From an uncultured archaeon (lineage in GTDB: Archaea; Iainarchaeota; Iainarchaeia; Iainarchaeales; Iainarchaeaceae): 16,714 nt of DNA. The notes under the pieces were generated by a model that worked only from the letters and a program-made list of their open reading frames with translations, searched no databases and was not told where the DNA came from. A program made the position numbers and the translations under genes. Location: positions 1 through 16,714 of the forward strand of contig CAZNZM010000012.1 of the NCBI GenBank assembly GCA_964577555.1, in the 5' to 3' direction. Shown here in pieces: positions 10,230 through 16,714 of this stretch. The stretch's first letter is position 1, and every line of letters begins with the position of its first letter.

Positions 10230-10919
10230 ATGATAGATTATTCAGAGATTTTAAATTCTTGTTTTTCCTGGTTTAAAGACAATAAATCACGAAAATATTT
10301 TTTGATTACTTTTGCCGGCTTGTTTTTGATAAATATTGTCTTTCAAGCAATCGGTTTAGGGGCAAGTTATAATTTCGGAACTTCCAACTTAGGTTTAAGT
10401 AATTATTCTTCTTATCAAACCTTTGAAAATTTTTTTACCAGCATTTTCACCGCCTTTGCATTTTTTATTGCATTGGCATTGATTTTTGTCATAATCCAAT
10501 TTTTTGTTGTAAAGTATTTTGAGGGACGCATTATAAAGAACGCACTGGAATTTAAAGGCATAAAAGTTCCCGACTTCAATTTTAATAAATTCTTAAAATT
10601 TTGTATGCTGCAAATATGGGTTTTTTTCGTTGCTGTTGCAAGTTGGCATAATAAAATATTTTTTGTAATTTTCCTGTTGGCTGTTCTTCTTTCAGTAATT
10701 GGCGTGGCTTTGACAATTTTTATGAAAGGTTTTTTATTTATAGGAACTATAGTTTTGTTTTTGGCAAGTGTAATTTTTTTTGTTTATTTTATTGTTGTAC
10801 TTTATAATTTTTTGAGGCTTGCACTTTCAAATGTACATTTTATTAGCAACGATGTTTCAATAACCAATACCACTAAAGAAATTTGGAATTTAACAAGCGG
10901 CAAGGTTTGTCACTTTTGA
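10230..10919 (+). CDS. Multi-pass membrane protein, N-terminal part (unknown function)
   Basis: ORF 10125-10919 starts at a GTG. The ATG at 10230 (MIDYSEILNSCFSWFK...) is more plausible. Several long hydrophobic F/I/L/V segments. Ends in ...KEIWNLTSGKVCHF* just before a hydrophobic continuation in another frame. Confidence 0.65.
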   Translation: MIDYSEILNSCFSWFKDNKSRKYFLITFAGLFLINIVFQAIGLGASYNFGTSNLGLSNYSSYQTFENFFTSIFTAFAFFIALALIFVIIQFFVVKYFEGRIIKNALEFKGIKVPDFNFNKFLKFCMLQIWVFFVAVASWHNKIFFVIFLLAVLLSVIGVALTIFMKGFLFIGTIVLFLASVIFFVYFIVVLYNFLRLALSNVHFISNDVSITNTTKEIWNLTSGKVCHF

Positions 10920-10924
10920 TTTTG

Positions 10925-11242
10925 ATGGTGATTTTTTTTGCAATAGCGGTTGTTTTAGGAATTGTTTATTTTTTTATTAATTTTATTTTTTCAATTTTAT
11001 TATTGGTTTTTTATATTATTCCCGGGTTAAGTTTAATAGTTTCAACAATATTTTCAACTGCTCTGGATAGCGCTTACACAGCTTTATTAATGTTCGTGGT
11101 AAATTTTGGATTGGTGGAGTTTTATTTGAAATTTGCAAAAGAAGTCAACACGGTTGTAAATTCTGGGAATCTGGCTTATACTTCACAGCAAACCGCCAAA
11201 AAATTCAAATACGCTGAAAAAAACCAATTGAAAAAAAACTAA
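10925..11242 (+). CDS. Membrane protein, C-terminal part or a separate small membrane protein (frame -1 relative to the previous ORF)
   Basis: ORF 10883-11242 opens with TTG. The first ATG is at 10925 (MVIFFAIAVVLGIVYFF...). Same hydrophobic composition as the upstream ORF, and the two overlap across 10883-10919. Confidence 0.55.
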   Translation: MVIFFAIAVVLGIVYFFINFIFSILLLVFYIIPGLSLIVSTIFSTALDSAYTALLMFVVNFGLVEFYLKFAKEVNTVVNSGNLAYTSQQTAKKFKYAEKNQLKKN

Positions 11243-11280
11243 TCTTTGTTTTTGCAAAGGCTAAATGATTTATTTTAGCT

Positions 11281-11560
11281 AAAAACCCTATCTGCAAAAA
11301 AACCTGAAAAAATAAAAAATCAATTCAAAAAAACTTTTCACAAAATCAAGACAAAAAACAAAAAATAATAAATCAAAAAATTCTCAAAACGAACAAAAAA
11401 ATTCAAAAATGGCTCGCCAAAAAAAACAAAAAAACAAAAAAATAAAAACAACTAAAAAAATGGCTACATAAAAAAAGCTTGAAAAAAAATAGACAAAAAA
11501 ACAAAATGGCAAATTTGCTTTTGAAAAACCAATTCAAATTAAAATCGCCTAAAAAACGCA
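11281..11560 (-). repeat. T-tract / AGCC-word repeat block B, inverted orientation (T-rich strand is -)
   Basis: A-rich on +. The reverse complement reads ...ggcgagccatttttgaatttttt..., ...tatgtagccattttttt..., ...ttttttaggcgatttt.... The 16-mer ttttttaggcgatttt (reverse complement of 11541-11556) is identical to 13609-13624 in block C. The 14-mer ttttttgatttatt (reverse complement of 11367-11380) is identical to 320-333 in block A. Confidence 0.8.
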
Positions 11561-11578
11561 GCAACAAGAAAAGCAAGC

Positions 11579-11587
11579 TTTTTTATT
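11579..11587 (+). promoter_or_regulatory. Candidate TATA-like element for prs; leaderless geometry
   Basis: ttttttatt is centred 24-27 nt upstream of the tandem ATGATG at 11607-11612. No SD motif. Confidence 0.3.
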
Positions 11588-11606
11588 CAACAAATGCATC
11601 AAATTT

Positions 11607-12497
11607 ATGATGATTATTTTTAGCTTTGGAAACTCTCAAAACCTTGCAAAAAAAATAGCAAAAACAACAATGGCAAAACTTGGAAAAATAGAATACAATA
11701 CATTTCCAGACGAAGAACTTTATATAAGGTTCATGAATAAGGTTGATGGCGAAAAAGTTGTTATTGTAGAAAGCATGTTTCCAAACCCAAACTTGTCTTT
11801 GTTAAAACTTTATTTTGCTGGGAGAACTGCAAAAAGCCTTGGCGCGAAAAAAGTTATTGCTGTAATACCTTATCTTGGATTCATGCGACAGGACAAAAGA
11901 TTCAAGGATGGAGAATGCATATCAAGCAGGGAAATGGCTCATTTGATTAATTCTTCCTTTGATTCAATAATAACAATAGACCCACATTTGCATAGGATAA
12001 AAAACATGACTGACATATTTCACATTGAAAGAAAAAAACTTTCGGCAAATTCATTGATTGCAGAATATATAAAAAAGCATTTTAATCAAAAAACTGCAAT
12101 AATAGCCGGTCCTGACATTGAAAGTAGCCAATGGGCAAAAGCTATTGCTGATTCAATTCATTACGATTCCGTGATATTTCTCAAAGAAAGAAAAGGTCCA
12201 AGGAATGTTAAAATAAACGTTACAATGGAAATGAATTGGAATAAAAAGGACATAATAATAATTGACGATATTGTAAGTTCTGGACACACTATGATTGAAG
12301 CAATAAAAGAAATAAAAAAAAGGAATCCGAATTCAGTGAATTGCATTTGTGTACATGGGCTTTTTGTAGAAGGCGCCTATGAAAAAATCTTGAAAACCGG
12401 AATAAACAAAATTGTCAGTACAAATACAATTGAACACAAAAGCAATAAAATAGATGTTTCAGGAATAATAGCTGAAGAGATTTTGAAATACGATTAA
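11607..12497 (+). CDS. prs: Ribose-phosphate pyrophosphokinase (PRPP synthetase)
   Basis: 296 aa. IPYLGFMRQDKRF loop, TIDPHLH, and the PRPP-binding motif IIIIDDIVSSGHTM. Confidence 0.9.
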   Translation: MMIIFSFGNSQNLAKKIAKTTMAKLGKIEYNTFPDEELYIRFMNKVDGEKVVIVESMFPNPNLSLLKLYFAGRTAKSLGAKKVIAVIPYLGFMRQDKRFKDGECISSREMAHLINSSFDSIITIDPHLHRIKNMTDIFHIERKKLSANSLIAEYIKKHFNQKTAIIAGPDIESSQWAKAIADSIHYDSVIFLKERKGPRNVKINVTMEMNWNKKDIIIIDDIVSSGHTMIEAIKEIKKRNPNSVNCICVHGLFVEGAYEKILKTGINKIVSTNTIEHKSNKIDVSGIIAEEILKYD

Positions 12498-12600
12498 AAA
12501 ATAAAATCAGTTAAAAAAAATTTCGTTTAAACAAAAAACAGCGCAATTTATAATCAAATCATATTTTCTAATCTGTGGTTTTGCAAAAATTTTTTTATTA

Positions 12601-12615
12601 GGAAAGGTTATAAAT
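12601..12615 (+). promoter_or_regulatory. BRE-like purine run plus TATA box for the methyltransferase gene; leaderless geometry
   Basis: ggaaagg followed by ttataaat (12608-12615), centred about 26 nt upstream of the ATG at 12638. Confidence 0.45.
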
Positions 12616-12637
12616 TCTCTTTTGTTAAAAATCTTGG

Positions 12638-13264
12638 ATGCGTGAAGAAATCATAAAAAAATATGTTGGGAAGTATTCTCTTGACGTAGTAGATAATCAT
12701 AACTCTTTAGAACTTTATGAAGGATTTTTCAAAAACATGGGTTTAAAAAAAACAATAAAAGATATGATAACCGAAAAAATAGAGGGCAAGGGAAAAGTAA
12801 AGGTAATGGATATTGGTTCTGGCGACTGTGGTTTTTTGCACGATTTGAAAAAAATTTTTGGCGAAAAAATTGAAACAATTGGCATTGATTTGCTTGTACC
12901 TGAAAAAAAACCAGATAAAATTATTCCTGGCGATGCGTTAGAAATTGATTTTCCGCAAAATATTGACTTTGTTTTTTCTTTCAGGGCGCTTCATGAAATA
13001 GGCGAACCTGAAAAAATTGTCAAGAAAGTTTATAACTGCTTGGCAAAAAACGGAAAAGCGTTTCTTTCGTTCAGAACGGCTGACCTTTATTTTGGCGGGA
13101 ATGGCATAGGGGAAATAGGTGAAAAAGAAATCAAGCAATTGCAAAAAATGGTTAAAAACGGCAGGCTTGGCGGATTCAATGTTAAAGGTTTTGAAGTAAT
13201 TGTCGCAAACGATAAAGAAAGCATTGTTGCAGGCGTAAATATTTTTCTTGAAAAGGATAATTGA
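12638..13264 (+). CDS. Class I SAM-dependent methyltransferase, substrate unknown
   Basis: 208 aa. Motif I VMDIGSGDCGF and a post-I acidic residue (IGIDL). The FSFRALHEI and KNGKAFLSF segments fit the Rossmann methyltransferase fold. Confidence 0.75.
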   Translation: MREEIIKKYVGKYSLDVVDNHNSLELYEGFFKNMGLKKTIKDMITEKIEGKGKVKVMDIGSGDCGFLHDLKKIFGEKIETIGIDLLVPEKKPDKIIPGDALEIDFPQNIDFVFSFRALHEIGEPEKIVKKVYNCLAKNGKAFLSFRTADLYFGGNGIGEIGEKEIKQLQKMVKNGRLGGFNVKGFEVIVANDKESIVAGVNIFLEKDN

Positions 13265-13295
13265 ATTGATGTTGAAAATAGTTCAATGATAAAAG

Positions 13296-13304
13296 TTTTT
13301 TTTT
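13296..13304 (+). terminator. Oligo-T (T9) archaeal-type terminator after the methyltransferase gene
   Basis: A T9 run 32 nt downstream of the stop at 13262-13264. Archaeal RNAP terminates at oligo-dT tracts. Confidence 0.5.
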
Positions 13305-13477
13305 AGATGAAGATTTTTCAACCGCTGAAAATACGCTTTCTTGCCAATCATTTTTTAGGCGCGTTTATTTTTTGAATTCAAATTTGTTGTTAGCTTTTTT
13401 GACAGCCATTTTTTTGTCATTTTTTTTGTGAATTTTTTTGTGAGCCGGTTTTTTTTGTGTTTTTTTGTTTTTGGTTT

Positions 13478-13607
13478 GTTTTTGTTGAGCCATCTTTTGT
13501 CATTTTTTTTGAATCGTTTTTTTTAAGCCATTTTTTTGTTGTGTTTTAGCCAATTTTTTTTGTCATTGTTTTTTTTAATTTTGAATTTTGTTTTTTTTGT
13601 GAGTCGG
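13478..13607 (+). repeat. Dispersed copy of the 142-bp unit of block A (matches 30-162 and 172-304)
   Basis: Aligned by eye over about 130 nt. Differences seen: ccatatttt vs ccatctttt, T10 vs T8, gaatttttg vs gaattttg, gagccga vs gagtcgg. All other positions are identical. Confidence 0.85.
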
Positions 13608-13663
13608 TTTTTTTAGGCGATTTTTTTTCATGATTTTTTTTGAACGTTTTTTTAATTTTTTTT

Positions 13664-13705
13664 GTGAGCCGTTTTTTTTTAGACAATTTTTGTTTTGTTT
13701 TTTTT
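13664..13705 (+). repeat. 42-bp module shared with block D (16563-16606)
   Basis: gtgagccg-T9-agacaatttttgttttgtttttttt here, versus gtgagccg-T10-ggacaatttttgttttgttttttttt in D. Confidence 0.85.
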
Positions 13706-13869
13706 ATAAAATATTTTGCCAAGTATGTTGTTTCAAATTTAAGGATTATTTTTTTAAATTATTGGTAATAAAAAAGGTTTTTTTTGCAATGATATTGGTT
13801 TAAATTCTTTTTATGGGGCGTTCTATTATTAATAATTGTTTAATTAATTTATTTTTGGAAGGGGTTACG

Positions 13870-14997
13870 ATGAAAAATGTAGTGCAAAAAGCTATAAAAC
13901 TTGCAAAAGATGAATCAGAAAAGGCAAAGCCTAAGTCAAAAAAAGTTGTTGAGGATGACGAATCGCTTGTTGAAATGCTGGAGAGCAGTAAAGCCAGAAT
14001 AGCTGTTGTAGGTGTAGGCGGAAGCGGTTGTAATACCATGCAAAGAATGTCTGAAGTAGGAATTATAGGTGCAACCACATTCGCGATAAATACGGATGCT
14101 CAGGATTTGCTTAAGGTAAAGGCTGAGAAAAAAATTCTTATTGGAAAGAAACTTACAAGAGGACTCGGAGCTGGTTCTAATCCTTCAATAGGCGAGGCTT
14201 CGGCTCAGGAATCTCTTGAAGACCTTTCCGAGTCATTGCGCAATTTTGATTTAGTTTTCATAACTTGCGGTTTAGGCGGTGGCACTGGCACTGGCGCAGC
14301 TCCGGTAATAGCTGAACTTGTAAAAAAGAGCAAGGCATTGACAATAGGCGTTGTTACTTTGCCTTTTACTGTTGAAGGAAAAAAGAGAGCTGAAAATGCA
14401 ATGTATGGCCTTTCTAATCTAAGGCAACATGCTGATACAATAATTGTTATTCCAAATGATAAAATACTTGAAATTGCTCCTGATTTGCCGTTAAATGCTG
14501 CTTTCAAGGTTGCTGACGAAGTCCTTACAAATGCTGTGAAAGGAATAACTGAATTAATTACCAAACCAGGTTTGATAAATCTTGATTTTGCAGATTTGAG
14601 AACAATTTTAGAGAAAGGCGGAGCCGCAATGATAGGGTTAGGAGAAAGCGGAACCCAAAGCGGTCCAAGCGAAGCAAGAGCACTTGAAGCAGTTGAGAAT
14701 GCTTTGACTTCGCCATTGCTTGACGTGGATATTTCAAATGCAAATAGAGCTCTTATCAATGTCATTGGAGGTTCTGACATGACATTGAGAGAAGCTGAGT
14801 TGATTGTTGAAGCAGTTGCTGCAAAAATAAATTCTCATGCCCACATAATTTGGGGGGCCATGATTGACGATACAATTCCGAAAAACCAGATTCAAGCAAT
14901 GGTAGTTATTGCCGGCGGAAAATTCCCTTTTTTGGATGAGAATGGTGATATTCCAAAAGGCGGCAATATAGACCTTGGAATACAATTCACTGATTGA
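13870..14997 (+). CDS. ftsZ: Cell division GTPase FtsZ
   Basis: ORF 13813-14997. The ATG at 13870 (MKNVVQKAIKLAK...) is preceded by ggaagggg. Tubulin signature GLGGGTGTGAAPVIA, plus NTDAQ and VVTLPF. Confidence 0.92.
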   Translation: MKNVVQKAIKLAKDESEKAKPKSKKVVEDDESLVEMLESSKARIAVVGVGGSGCNTMQRMSEVGIIGATTFAINTDAQDLLKVKAEKKILIGKKLTRGLGAGSNPSIGEASAQESLEDLSESLRNFDLVFITCGLGGGTGTGAAPVIAELVKKSKALTIGVVTLPFTVEGKKRAENAMYGLSNLRQHADTIIVIPNDKILEIAPDLPLNAAFKVADEVLTNAVKGITELITKPGLINLDFADLRTILEKGGAAMIGLGESGTQSGPSEARALEAVENALTSPLLDVDISNANRALINVIGGSDMTLREAELIVEAVAAKINSHAHIIWGAMIDDTIPKNQIQAMVVIAGGKFPFLDENGDIPKGGNIDLGIQFTD

Positions 14998-15034
14998 ATT
15001 CAAAGGGTTTTGGCAGACAAACCAATAAAATAAA

Positions 15035-15042
15035 TTTTTTTT
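15035..15042 (+). terminator. Oligo-T (T8) run after ftsZ
   Basis: A T8 run 38 nt downstream of the ftsZ stop. May attenuate or terminate before secE. Confidence 0.3.
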
Positions 15043-15113
15043 GGAGACTTTTTAGGAGTTACTTTGTCCAGCAGAACCTTTTTATTGTTTTCTTAGGACA
15101 CTATGATTTGTTT

Positions 15114-15296
15114 ATGATTGGCAAAGAGAAAATTAACGAGTTTATAAACTCCAGCATTAGAATATTCAATGTTTCGCGAAAGCCAACAGGAAACGAATAC
15201 AAAATAATGTTGAAAGTAATTGGCATTGGAATTATTTTTATTGGTTTGATTGGTTTTATTGTAAGGCTTGTTTTGGAAGGCTTTTTTAAAATATGA
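15114..15296 (+). CDS. secE: Preprotein translocase subunit SecE (Sec61 gamma)
   Basis: The internal ATG of ORF 14994-15296 gives a 60-aa protein with a single C-terminal TM segment (VIGIGIIFIGLIGFIVRLV). The position between ftsZ and spt5 is conserved in archaea. Confidence 0.75.
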   Translation: MIGKEKINEFINSSIRIFNVSRKPTGNEYKIMLKVIGIGIIFIGLIGFIVRLVLEGFFKI

Positions 15297-15429
15297 TTTT
15301 TAAAGATAATTTTTCTTTTAAAATCGGCTTTCAGTTGTGTTTTTAAACATTTTCAAACGCTTGAATTTAAGTTAACGGCTATTTTTTTAGCTGATTATTT
15401 TTTTATTTGGAAAATGAAGGAGCATTAAA

Positions 15430-15870
15430 ATGATTTTTACCGTAAGAACAACAGTTGGACAGGAAAGTCTTGTGGTGGATATACTTTCAAGCAAAATAAA
15501 AATGGATAATTTGAATATTTATTCAATTTCTGTCATTCCAGGGCTTAAAGGTTATGTACTTATAGAAGCAGAAGATGAGGTCACCTTGCGAAGGGGAATT
15601 TCAAATACATCCCACATAAAGGGAAAAGGCATTGTTGGAGGTCAAGTAAAGATTGAAGAACTCAGCGGCTTGCTTGAAGCAAAGCCACTGATGAAAAGCA
15701 TAAAAGAAGGCATGAAAGTGGAACTTATTGCAGGTCCATTTAAAGGTTCTAAAGCAAAGGTTTTAAGGGTAAATGATGCGAAAGAGGAAGTTACGGTGGA
15801 GCTTTTGGATGAAGCAGTAAAAATTCCAGTGACAATTCATGCTGAACATATTAGAATAATCAAAGAGTAA
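15430..15870 (+). CDS. spt5: Transcription elongation factor Spt5 (archaeal NusG)
   Basis: 146 aa. NGN domain start IFTVRTTVGQE and KOW motif ELIAGPFKGSKAKVLRV. GGAG SD motif 7 nt upstream. Confidence 0.9.
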   Translation: MIFTVRTTVGQESLVVDILSSKIKMDNLNIYSISVIPGLKGYVLIEAEDEVTLRRGISNTSHIKGKGIVGGQVKIEELSGLLEAKPLMKSIKEGMKVELIAGPFKGSKAKVLRVNDAKEEVTVELLDEAVKIPVTIHAEHIRIIKE

Positions 15871-15888
15871 AGGAGTTGATTTTTTTTT

Positions 15889-16362
15889 ATGGCTGAAGTT
15901 AAATTGATGGTTGAAGGCGGAAAAGCAACTGCAGGACCCCCGTTAGGTCCGTCATTAGCGCCGCTTGGAGTTAACATAGGACAAATAGTTTCACAAATAA
16001 ACGAAAAAACAAAAGGCTATGCTGGAATGAAAGTGCCAGTAGTTGTAGAAGTTGACAAATCAAAAAATGTTACTATAAATGTTGGTTCTCCTCCGACTAG
16101 CGCATTGATATTGAAAGAAGCTAAAGCGTCAAAAGGCGGGGCTAATCAAAAAACAGATGCAGTTGGAAATCTCACGATGCAGCAAGTCAAAAAGTTGGCT
16201 GAAATGAAAATGAATTCTTTGTCTTCTTCAAAAATTTATTCAGCAGTAAGGGAAATAGTAGGCACTTGCAATTCAATGGGGATAACAATTGAAGGCAAAC
16301 GCGCAAAAGAAATACAAAAAGAAATCAAGTCAGGCAATTGGGATCATTTGTTAAAAAATTGA
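15889..16362 (+). CDS. rpl11: 50S ribosomal protein L11 (uL11)
   Basis: 157 aa. GGKATAGPPLGPSLAPLGVN signature. AGGAG upstream. Confidence 0.92.
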   Translation: MAEVKLMVEGGKATAGPPLGPSLAPLGVNIGQIVSQINEKTKGYAGMKVPVVVEVDKSKNVTINVGSPPTSALILKEAKASKGGANQKTDAVGNLTMQQVKKLAEMKMNSLSSSKIYSAVREIVGTCNSMGITIEGKRAKEIQKEIKSGNWDHLLKN

Positions 16363-16370
16363 TTTTTTTT
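16363..16370 (+). terminator. Oligo-T (T8) run immediately after the rpl11 stop
   Basis: tga followed directly by tttttttt. This is the first T-tract of repeat block D. Confidence 0.45.
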
Positions 16371-16714
16371 AAATTTTTCTTGTATTTTTAGATTTGTTTT
16401 TCTGGAATTTATATTTTTTTACTTGTTTTTTTTGAAAATGAATTATTTTTTTTAGTTATTTTTTTGTTTTTCTTTTATGTTTCTTTGGCTAGCCTTTTTT
16501 TGTCGTATTTTTTTAGAAATTTGTTTGTTTTTTTGTGTGTTGTTTTTTTGTTGTTTGTTTTGGTGAGCCGTTTTTTTTTTGGACAATTTTTGTTTTGTTT
16601 TTTTTTGGTGGGTTTTGTTTTTTTTTGCTAATTTGTTTTTTTTTGTGAGCCGTTTTTTTGAATTCTTTTTTTGTCAAGCTGTTTTTTTGGCGTATTTTTT
16701 TGTTTTTTTAGTTG
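16363..16714 (+). repeat. T-tract / AGCC-word repeat block D; T-rich strand is +; runs off the right edge
   Basis: Words ttggctagcc, tggtgagccg, tgtgagccg, gtcaagctg and ggcgta between T6-T10 runs. 16521-16565 contains only G and T. 16563-16606 matches 13664-13705. Confidence 0.8.

Larger units (their letters stand above)
13370..13708 (+). repeat. T-tract / AGCC-word repeat block C; T-rich strand is +
   Basis: Words gacagccat, tgtgagccgg, gttgagccat, taagccat, ttagccaa, tgtgagtcgg, ttaggcga and tgtgagccg, separated by T6-T9 runs. Contains near-identical copies of modules from blocks A, B and D. Confidence 0.85.

Noticed and set aside
11409-11610. Short Lys-rich ORFs on the A-rich strand that begin with the recurrent ATGGCT word. 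Examples: 11409-11471 MARQKKQKNKKIKTTKKMAT, 11506-11610 (a 34-aa peptide ending on the prs start), and a 29-aa one on the minus strand from 187 down to 98.
   Set aside because: The A-rich strand has almost no T, so stop codons are rare and open frames are expected by composition. The 142-nt period is not a multiple of 3, and single-T indels between copies shift the frames, so there is no coding constraint. The recurrence of ATGGCT (the complement of AGCCAT) is real, but it is better described as a DNA word. Ribosome profiling would be needed to revive this idea.
13300-13335. Possible C/D-box sRNA (atgaaga ... ctga separated by 11 nt)
   Set aside because: The C box has a mismatch, and no C'/D pair or terminal stem follows. 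Only one half-motif is present, so this is likely chance in AT-rich DNA.
13370-13708. Replication origin (AT-rich unwinding element with ORB repeats)
   Set aside because: I found no ORB or mini-ORB-like dyad motifs and no adjacent orc1/cdc6 gene. Four similar blocks within 17 kb are too many for origins. Easy melting remains possible as a physical property.
16521-16565. Telomere-like G/T-only tract near the window end
   Set aside because: There is no regular short repeat unit. The tract is one part of the same T-tract family found internally at three other sites, and archaeal chromosomes are circular.

Overview
AT-rich archaeal chromosomal fragment, possibly from a small-genome uncultivated lineage (lineage is a low-confidence inference). 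It carries about 20 protein genes. I found no rRNA or tRNA genes, no CRISPR array, no transposase or integrase, and no recognisable defence genes. Gene layout: (1) rpl21e-rpoF-DUF655-ksgA on + (556-2661), a conserved archaeal neighbourhood. (2) A convergent AMP phosphorylase (deoA type) on - (2639-4171), whose 3' end overlaps ksgA. (3) A contiguous, overlapping 7-gene pyrimidine operon pyrB-pyrI-pyrD-pyrK-pyrC-pyrE-pyrF on - (10022 down to 4246). (4) A multi-pass membrane protein on + that appears split by a frame change (10230-11242). (5) prs plus a small SAM methyltransferase on + (11607-13264). (6) The conserved ftsZ-secE-spt5-rpl11 block on + (13870-16362). The genes themselves are ordinary core genes. 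The unusual part is the non-coding DNA. Four long intergenic blocks (1-480, 11281-11560, 13370-13708, 16363-16714) belong to one modular repeat family. The family consists of oligo-T tracts (T6-T10) separated by short conserved words with an AGCC core (tgtgagccg, gttgagccat, aagccat, tagccaa). It includes a base-perfect 142-bp tandem duplication, a roughly 95% identical copy 13.4 kb away, a shared 42-bp module, and one block in inverted orientation. Both window edges fall inside these repeats. I do not recognise this as any described element class. It is not a CRISPR array, a MITE with terminal inverted repeats, ORB origin repeats, or an RNA gene. Its function is open: a unidirectional oligo-T termination barrier, a protein-binding array, or a recombinogenic minisatellite. 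Several first-in-unit genes have a TATA box about 26 nt upstream of the ATG, implying leaderless mRNAs, while internal genes carry SD-like motifs.
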